Positions 7,339-12,630 of a stretch of DNA of 12,630 bases are shown here, one piece after another. The stretch lies in the NCBI GenBank assembly GCA_042216335.1, contig JBDGTY010000020.1, positions 1-12,630 of the forward strand, read 5' to 3'. The notes under the pieces are model-generated. The model worked only from the letters and a program-made list of their open reading frames with translations. It made no database searches and was not told the origin of the DNA. Position 1 is the stretch's first letter; each line of letters starts with the position of its first letter. This stretch comes from Candidatus Nanohalobium sp. Its GTDB lineage: Archaea; Nanohalarchaeota; Nanosalinia; Nanosalinales; Nanosalinaceae. Position numbers and translations under genes: made by a program.

Positions 7339-7359
7339 GATTGATGCTGGACCAGTCAT

Positions 7360-7367
7360 CTATAAGA
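7360..7367. promoter_or_regulatory. Putative bidirectional TATA box shared by the Nudix and riboflavin synthase genes
   Basis: TATAAG at 7361-7366 is 25-30 nt from the ATG at 7391 (+). Read as CTTATA, it is 23-28 nt from the ATG at 7338 (-). The spacer is only 52 nt. Confidence 0.5.
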
Positions 7368-7390
7368 AATCTTTCAGAGAAAATATTGAC

Positions 7391-7972
7391 ATGTTCACGG
7401 GACTGGTCGAGGAAACAGGCATAGTCACGGAAGTTAAAGAAGCAGGTGAGGGAAAACGAGTTACTGTAGAGGCAGACTGGGCGGCTACAGACGTTTCCAT
7501 CGGCGACAGCATCTCTGTGAGTGGTGCATGTCTTACCGTGGAGGGGTTTGATGAGGAGTCTCTGTCGTTCTTCCTGGCGGAGGAGACTCTGGATCGGACG
7601 TGGTTCTCTGAACTTGAGGAAGGCGATGAGTTGAACTTTGAACGTTCTCTTACTCCTCGGGACAGGATGGGAGGCCACTACGTTCAGGGGCATGTCGACT
7701 CCGTCTCCGAGATAGGGGAAATTGAAGAACTTGAGGAGGGCTGGAACTTTACGTTCTCCATACCTGAAAAGATTTCACAGTACATAGTTGAGAAAGGTTT
7801 CGTGACTGTGGAGGGCATCAGTTTGACGGTCACTGAGGTTTCGGAAGATTATTTCTCCGTCACTATTATACCTGAGACCTGGGAGGCCACCAATCTATCG
7901 GAGAAGGAGGAGGGCGACCATGTTAACATCGAAGCCGACATCATGGCAAAGTATGTAGAGAAGATGGCGTAA
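7391..7972 (+). CDS. ribC: Riboflavin synthase, bacterial alpha-chain type with two lumazine-binding repeats, 193 aa
   Basis: N-terminal MFTG, GDSISVSGACLTV, NFERSL, GGHYVQGHVD, EKGFVTVEGISLTV, TNL and VNIEADIMAKYVEK. The true start is the ATG at 7391, not 7310. The gene is also called ribE in some nomenclatures. Confidence 0.95.
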   Translation: MFTGLVEETGIVTEVKEAGEGKRVTVEADWAATDVSIGDSISVSGACLTVEGFDEESLSFFLAEETLDRTWFSELEEGDELNFERSLTPRDRMGGHYVQGHVDSVSEIGEIEELEEGWNFTFSIPEKISQYIVEKGFVTVEGISLTVTEVSEDYFSVTIIPETWEATNLSEKEEGDHVNIEADIMAKYVEKMA

Positions 7973-7977
7973 AGATA

Positions 7978-7992
7978 ATAAGAGAAAAAGAG
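7978..7992 (-). terminator. Putative pyrimidine/T-tract terminator of the nucleotidyltransferase gene
   Basis: The minus strand reads CTCTTTTTCTCTTAT immediately after the TGA. Confidence 0.4.
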
Positions 7993-7993
7993 T

Positions 7994-8953
7994 TCAGAGA
8001 GTAGTATGCTCCCCGATGATTGCGTCGTTCAGGTCTGTGTCCTGAATATCGCAGTTTTTATCGACCAGTGAGTTCCTGATCTCGGAATCCTCGATCTTGG
8101 TATCGGGGAAGATTATGGAGTTCCTGACTGTCACGTTCTCGAGATCTGCGCCTTCCATTACAAAAGCGTTCTCCCCCAGGTCACATCCCGAGGTCTTCCC
8201 GCGGACTATATTCCCGTCTGTGACCGCGGCCATCGCCTCAAGGTAGCCTTTCCGTGTACCAACGTCGAACCAGTCACCCTCGAAGTCGAACGCATACATA
8301 TCGACCTGTTTATGCGCCCACTCGATGAGTCTTCCAGGCTCATCCAGGTACTTCTCCTTCGGAACATCGGTACCCTGGAAATGCTTTTCGTATTTTCTGA
8401 ACAGGTCGACATGCTCCTCCGGGAAGAAATAGCAGGCGGTCGATGCCAGGGTGGAGGGCGGTTCTTCAGGCTTCTCCTCAAAGCCAACGATTTTCTCATC
8501 GTCCGTGTCAACGATGCCGAAGGAAGTCGCCAACTCCTCATCCTTGACATTGTATACTACATTCGTCGGTCCGTGAGTCCTGGCAAAGTCCAGCATCTCG
8601 GCAAAGTCAAAACCGAAGTAGTTGTCGCCACCCACGATCAGAAGGTCGTCATCCAGATCCTCCTGCTGGAGCAATTTTAGTATCGCGCCGATAGTCCCCG
8701 GTTTGTCCTCCTCCGAGTCCTGGTCCTCGACGACGACCCGGACGTTATCCCTGTCGAACTGATCGGCGTACTCCTCGAAATCAGTGGAGAACTTGGCGTT
8801 CGTCGAGATGATGACCTCATCCAGTTCCTCAAGGTCTTCTATTATGTAGTCTATTATAGGTTTCTCTCCGAGCGGTAGAAGTGGTTTAGCCCGGTTTTTC
8901 GTAATCGGCCACAGACGTGTGGCATGCCCTCCTGCAAGAACAACTGCTTTCAT
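7994..8953 (-). CDS. Sugar-phosphate nucleotidyltransferase (glucose-1-phosphate thymidylyltransferase-like) with C-terminal left-handed beta-helix, 319 aa
   Basis: MKAVVLAGGHATRLWPIT..KPLLP, GGDN, FGIV, FEEKP, WFDVGT and hexapeptide-like C-terminal repeats. The ATG at 8953 is preceded by SD-like GGTAG. Sugar and NTP specificity cannot be assigned. Confidence 0.93.
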   Translation of the reverse strand: MKAVVLAGGHATRLWPITKNRAKPLLPLGEKPIIDYIIEDLEELDEVIISTNAKFSTDFEEYADQFDRDNVRVVVEDQDSEEDKPGTIGAILKLLQQEDLDDDLLIVGGDNYFGFDFAEMLDFARTHGPTNVVYNVKDEELATSFGIVDTDDEKIVGFEEKPEEPPSTLASTACYFFPEEHVDLFRKYEKHFQGTDVPKEKYLDEPGRLIEWAHKQVDMYAFDFEGDWFDVGTRKGYLEAMAAVTDGNIVRGKTSGCDLGENAFVMEGADLENVTVRNSIIFPDTKIEDSEIRNSLVDKNCDIQDTDLNDAIIGEHTTL

Positions 8954-8969
8954 CGCTACCAATAATACA

Positions 8970-9021
8970 AAGTAATACTTCCGGGGTTAAAACAGTTACC
9001 CGGAACCACAAGACAGTTAAG
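8970..9021. promoter_or_regulatory. Divergent promoter region with inverted and direct repeats
   Basis: AAGTA-A-TACTT (8970-8980); TTCCGGG-N13-CCCGGAA (8979-9005) bracketing TTAAAA; ACAGTTA twice (8992-8998 and 9013-9019). Confidence 0.45.
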
Positions 9022-9043
9022 ACTGGACGGACATTTTGCGGAC

Positions 9044-9229
9044 ATGAGCACTGAAAACGAAAACACTCTTCTGATTCGAGATATAGCCCGGGAGAACGCT
9101 GAAGGCCTTGCGAAGTTGGCTGATGAAGATGAGGCAGGAGAAATCCGTGAACACCCGTTCAGGCATAAGCTGAAGAGGCTTTACCGCAGATACGTTAAGA
9201 AGCCTGAGGCCAAACCGGTAGAAGTCTAA
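9044..9229 (+). CDS. Hypothetical small protein, 61 aa
   Basis: ATG start with GTTAAG about 25 nt upstream, typical codon usage, and it fills an otherwise empty gap. No recognised family. Confidence 0.65.
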   Translation: MSTENENTLLIRDIARENAEGLAKLADEDEAGEIREHPFRHKLKRLYRRYVKKPEAKPVEV

Positions 9230-9330
9230 TATTTCTTTTCCATAGGCCTTCTAAGAGACTCCAGGTAGCTTTCAAGGAATTTAAGGTCTTCCTCTCCGAT
9301 CGCGACGACCTGAAAAACATCCTCACTCAT
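9226..9330 (-). CDS. Possible 34-aa micro-protein or gene remnant
   Basis: The ATG at 9330 gives MSEDVFQVVAIGEEDLKFLESYLESLRRPMEKKY. Palindromic GTTTAAAC lies 25-32 nt upstream, and the stop overlaps the stop of the 61-aa ORF. Confidence 0.35.
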   Translation of the reverse strand: MSEDVFQVVAIGEEDLKFLESYLESLRRPMEKKY

Positions 9331-9348
9331 TAAACCGTTTTTAGCTCT

Positions 9349-9362
9349 GGAGAAGTTTAAAC
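9349..9362. promoter_or_regulatory. BRE/TATA-like element of the DNA polymerase IV gene, with a palindromic TATA
   Basis: GGAGAAGTTTAAAC. GTTTAAAC at 9355-9362 is 29-36 nt upstream of the ATG at 9391. Confidence 0.5.
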
Positions 9363-9390
9363 CCAAAAAAGACGACGACCAAGAACAATC

Positions 9391-10470
9391 ATGGAAACAG
9401 AAAAATCGATCCTCCACGTAGACATGGACGCCTTCTTCGCATCTGTCGAGAGGAACAGGAAAAGCCTAGAAGGCCCAATAGTTGTATGCGTCTACTCCGG
9501 GCGTTCTGAAGACTCCGGCGCGGTTTCAACATGCAGCTACGACGCCAGAGACCTTGGTATTCATGCCGCGATGCCGATAGTAAGGGCGAAAGAAATTGTG
9601 GAAGAATCCGGTGAAGACGTCAACTTCGTGGCGATGGACCGCGAATACTACAGGGACGTATCGGACAGGATAAGGGAGGCTGTTCTGGAAAATTACTCGG
9701 ATAAAGTGGAGCAGGCATCGATAGATGAGGCCTACCTGGAACTGGATAAAAGTATCGGGGATGCTACGGAGACCGCGGAAGAGATACAGGAAGAGGTTCT
9801 GGAAGAGTTCGATCTGACGTGCTCCATCGGTATCGGGCCCAACAAGCTGGTGGCGAAGATGGCATCCGACAGGGAGAAGCCTGAAGGACTGACAGTAGTT
9901 CACGAGGATGAAATCGAGGAATTCATGCGGGATCTGGAGCTGGATGATATCCACGGGATCGGGGAAAGAACCGTTGAAAAACTGGAAGAACTGGGTATCG
10001 ACTCAGTGGAGAATTTAGCCGAAGCCGATAAATCGTTGCTTGTGCGGGAGTTCGGCGAGAATCTTGGAATGAAGCTGAAAAAGAAGGCGCAGGGAAAGGA
10101 TGACTCAGAGGTAAAGGACCGGGACCAGAAACAGATAACGCGCATCACGACTCTCGGAGAAAACTCCAGCAGAGCTTCCTACATCGTGAAGTACTTCCCG
10201 GATCTGGCCGATGAGATACTGGAGAAGGCGGAGGAAAAGGGCGTGGGCTTCAGGAAAGTCGCTTTGATAATTATAGATACGGAGATCGAGATGCATACCC
10301 GGACAACCACTCTGAAAAGCCATGTACAGGATAGAGAAATAATAATTGAGAAAGGTGAGGAACTTCTGGAAAGTTTCCTGGAGGAGTTTGAAGGAGAGGT
10401 CAGAAGGGTCGGGTTGAGGATACTGGACCTGAAGGAGGTCGGTGATCAGCAGAGTCTTGAGGATTTCTAG
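9391..10470 (+). CDS. dinB: Y-family DNA polymerase IV (Dpo4/DinB), 359 aa
   Basis: HVDMDAFFASVE, VCVYSGRSEDSGAVSTCSYDAR, ASIDEAYL, SIGIGPNKLVAKMASD..KPEG, HhH motif IHGIG, little-finger VRRVGL, and C-terminal PIP box QQSLEDF. Confidence 0.97.
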   Translation: METEKSILHVDMDAFFASVERNRKSLEGPIVVCVYSGRSEDSGAVSTCSYDARDLGIHAAMPIVRAKEIVEESGEDVNFVAMDREYYRDVSDRIREAVLENYSDKVEQASIDEAYLELDKSIGDATETAEEIQEEVLEEFDLTCSIGIGPNKLVAKMASDREKPEGLTVVHEDEIEEFMRDLELDDIHGIGERTVEKLEELGIDSVENLAEADKSLLVREFGENLGMKLKKKAQGKDDSEVKDRDQKQITRITTLGENSSRASYIVKYFPDLADEILEKAEEKGVGFRKVALIIIDTEIEMHTRTTTLKSHVQDREIIIEKGEELLESFLEEFEGEVRRVGLRILDLKEVGDQQSLEDF

Positions 10471-10922
10471 CGTGTAAGTTCAGGGTTCTGTTCTTCCAGT
10501 ATATTTTCAAAGCTTCTCAGGTCTTCTACGTAGTCTTCAAAAGTGTTTTCACTATTTTCTGTTCTTTCAAGGATCTTGCTGGATATCCTGTCGTATCCTC
10601 CTCCGCTCGCCCATGTCACCTTTGTCTGAGAGTAGTCTGTTCCAAGCCGGGAGAAGGTTTCGATGTATTCATCGATGTCGTCAAGATGTTCGGCCCCTAA
10701 TCTGGTAACGTCGCCAGTGCCATGTTCCTCCTCAGTGCTGCCCCAGTAGAAGGCAAAACCGCTGGAGCCGGTTGCCCTGACATCGAATATCATAAGGCCG
10801 GTCTCATCCGAGTCATACATTGAAAGACTTTCAACCGACGCCTCTTTCTTCTCGGCCCTCTCAAAAGGAGTCATAGCATCCACGGAGCCAGTGAAACGCA
10901 GCCGATTCAGATTGTTAGACAT
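10467..10922 (-). CDS. Hypothetical acidic protein, 151 aa
   Basis: The ATG at 10922 (MSNNLNRL...) lies 23 nt after the aCPSF1 stop. Its acidic composition matches the proteome, and its stop overlaps the dinB stop (CTAG). The longer ORF-track start at 11033 overlaps aCPSF1 and is unlikely. Confidence 0.75.
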   Translation of the reverse strand: MSNNLNRLRFTGSVDAMTPFERAEKKEASVESLSMYDSDETGLMIFDVRATGSSGFAFYWGSTEEEHGTGDVTRLGAEHLDDIDEYIETFSRLGTDYSQTKVTWASGGGYDRISSKILERTENSENTFEDYVEDLRSFENILEEQNPELTR

Positions 10923-10929
10923 AATAACC

Positions 10930-10943
10930 AAAAAAAGGGAAAG
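10930..10943 (-). terminator. T-tract terminator after aCPSF1
   Basis: The minus strand reads CTTTCCCTTTTTTT (T7 at 10936-10930) directly after the TAA. Confidence 0.55.
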
Positions 10944-10945
10944 AT

Positions 10946-12630
10946 TTACTCCAATCTCATCGCATCCAAGTTCTGCGGCGCCGAGGTATCGATATGCAGG
11001 ATTTTGTGCAGGGCTGATGCCAGACTGTAGCACTTTTTCTCCTCTCCATGGTTGGTGAATATCCTGTTCGGCGTGGATCTCAGATCCTTGGCGAAGTCGA
11101 TGATCTGCTCTCTGTCGCTGTGAGCCGAGAAACCTGAAACCGTGTTCACATCCAGGTTGACGTCGACTCTCTTGCCGTTGATCTCGACTGTGTCGGCCCC
11201 GTCCTGGATCTTTCTTCCCAAACTGCCTGCGAACTGGTATCCTACGAAGATGAGCGAGTTCTCCTCTTTCTCGGCCTCCTGTTCAAGGTACGAAAGTACA
11301 GGTCCTCCAGTCAGTGATCCGGAAGTTGTCAGGATTATGCACGGTCCTTCCTCGAAGACCTCTTTTCTTTCGTTGTGGCTTCCGATCGTCTCGATGTTAT
11401 CCTGAAGGAAAGGACTGTTCTCCTCCTCGAACACCTTTTTCTGCACCTTATTCGACAGGAACTCCGGATACGCCGTGTGAAGCGCGTTAACATCCCGGAT
11501 CATCCCGTCTATGTAGACAGGGTAGTCGAAGTACGATCTGTCCATCTCATCCGCCAGAAGCCCGAGGACTTCCTGTGAGCGCCCGACGGCGAAAGCAGGC
11601 ACGATAACTTTCCCGCCCTTGTTCAGAGTCTGCTTAACCTTTGACAGGAACTTCTTGTTTGCCTCCTCACGAGGGGTCTGCTCGTCGTCCCGACCTCCGT
11701 ACGTCGACTCCGTTATCATGGTCTCGACGCGCTGGAAATCAGTCGAGGCCTCACGCAGCATCTCAGTGCTGTCGTAGTTGTAGTCTCCCGTGTAGAGGAT
11801 GTTGTGTAGTCCTTCGCCGACGTGAAGGTGGACCAGTGAACTACCGATGATATGGCCGGCGTTCTCCAGAGTCAAACGCATATCCGGAGCGATATCGGTC
11901 ACTTCACCATAATCAGGCGTTATAGTCCTCTTTACAGCCTTCTTTATGGCTGTAGAATCGTAAGGCGCCCTGTTATTCTCTGAATGCGCCACCCCAATAT
12001 AGTCCAGAGTAAGCATAATCATCAAGTCTCTTGTAGGCTCCGTACAGTAGATAGGACCATCATAACCCATTTTCAGAAGATAAGGAACCATAGCAACGTG
12101 GTCCATGTGCGCATGAGAAATAACAACAGCGTCTAGACTTTTAAGATCGAGCTCCGGTGCGTTAAGATACGGAAAGTTTTCAGTACTGCCTGGCTCTGCC
12201 GCAGGATCTATCCCAGCATCCATCAGAACGTTGGATTCTTCTGTCTGGACGAGGAAGCAGCTTCTTCCGACCTGTCGGCATCCTCCGAGGCCTGAAACTC
12301 TGACCCATTCGTCTCCGACGGACTTGTCCAGTCTTATCTTTTTTCCGACGTCGTGGAGGAAGTCCTTCCTGAACTCTGGGTCCTCAACCGTCAGTTCTCG
12401 GGCTCTGTCGACTACCTTTGAGTCGATGGCCGGAACTCTTTCAACCTGAGGACTCCAGAGAGTTTCCCCCTTGATTTCGTCGAGGCCGGAACCTCTGTTG
12501 CCGATGACTTCTCCAGGTTTTTCTGCCCTTATTATCATTTTCCCGAGGCTTGGCTGCATGATGACATCTTCAACACCCGCTTCTTCATCTACTATATCCT
12601 TTACTTTTTCCCTGGCTTTTTCCGGGCTGC
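10946..12630 (-). CDS. fttA: aCPSF1/FttA, KH-domain metallo-beta-lactamase beta-CASP ribonuclease and transcription termination factor; 5' end outside the window
   Basis: The frame stays open to the window edge (SPEKAREKVKDIVDEEAGVEDVIMQP...). Motifs: KH EKPGEVIGNRG, LGGCRQVGRSC, SHAHMDH, AGHIIGS, YTGD, ESTYG, FAVGRSQE, GFSAHSD and NHGE. Confidence 0.96.
   Translation of the reverse strand, partial: SPEKAREKVKDIVDEEAGVEDVIMQPSLGKMIIRAEKPGEVIGNRGSGLDEIKGETLWSPQVERVPAIDSKVVDRARELTVEDPEFRKDFLHDVGKKIRLDKSVGDEWVRVSGLGGCRQVGRSCFLVQTEESNVLMDAGIDPAAEPGSTENFPYLNAPELDLKSLDAVVISHAHMDHVAMVPYLLKMGYDGPIYCTEPTRDLMIMLTLDYIGVAHSENNRAPYDSTAIKKAVKRTITPDYGEVTDIAPDMRLTLENAGHIIGSSLVHLHVGEGLHNILYTGDYNYDSTEMLREASTDFQRVETMITESTYGGRDDEQTPREEANKKFLSKVKQTLNKGGKVIVPAFAVGRSQEVLGLLADEMDRSYFDYPVYIDGMIRDVNALHTAYPEFLSNKVQKKVFEEENSPFLQDNIETIGSHNERKEVFEEGPCIILTTSGSLTGGPVLSYLEQEAEKEENSLIFVGYQFAGSLGRKIQDGADTVEINGKRVDVNLDVNTVSGFSAHSDREQIIDFAKDLRSTPNRIFTNHGEEKKCYSLASALHKILHIDTSAPQNLDAMRLE

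Noticed and set aside
7310..7390. N-terminal extension of riboflavin synthase in the ORF track
   Set aside because: The enzyme family begins at MFTG, and the extension overlaps the Nudix gene and the promoter.
7391..7972. Lumazine protein or fluorescent antenna protein instead of riboflavin synthase
   Set aside because: MFTG, GGHxVxGHVD and a C-terminal helix are retained, as in the catalytic enzyme.
12557..12559. ATG at 12559 as the aCPSF1 start
   Set aside because: The frame stays open and homologous to the window edge. The N-terminal KH region lies outside the window.
1..12630. CRISPR arrays, tRNA/rRNA genes, inteins, IS elements or an alternative genetic code
   Set aside because: There are no spaced repeats or cloverleaf-like spacers, protein lengths are normal without insertions, and all three stop codons terminate conserved genes at the expected positions.

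Overview
A gene-dense window, roughly 50-55% GC, using the standard genetic code. It comes from an archaeon with a strongly acidic, Glu-rich proteome, very short intergenic spacers and TATA-like boxes about 25-30 nt upstream of start codons. This fits a halophilic DPANN archaeon, probably Nanohaloarchaeota (inference, not verified). Gene order: ileS(+), DHH/DHHA1 phosphoesterase(+), RHH antitoxin(+), PIN/VapC toxin(+), 71-aa C2H2 zinc-finger protein(+), 33-codon in-frame tail after cysS(-), cysS(-), Nudix hydrolase(-), bacterial-type riboflavin synthase(+), sugar-phosphate nucleotidyltransferase(-), two convergent micro-ORFs, Dpo4/DinB polymerase(+), 151-aa hypothetical(-), and aCPSF1/FttA(-), which runs off the window end. 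I found no rRNA, tRNA, CRISPR array, transposase or integrase. Most of the window is housekeeping, and I cannot demonstrate a new multi-gene system. The best leads are: (1) a 13-bp identical (15/16) element upstream of both ileS and cysS; (2) an in-frame, hairpin-led 35-codon extension after the cysS UGA; (3) a lone riboflavin synthase sharing a bidirectional promoter with a Nudix hydrolase; (4) a small accessory patch with a VapBC pair, a 9-bp-period operator and a classical C2H2 finger; (5) a low-GC recoded patch inside the catalytic core of aCPSF1.
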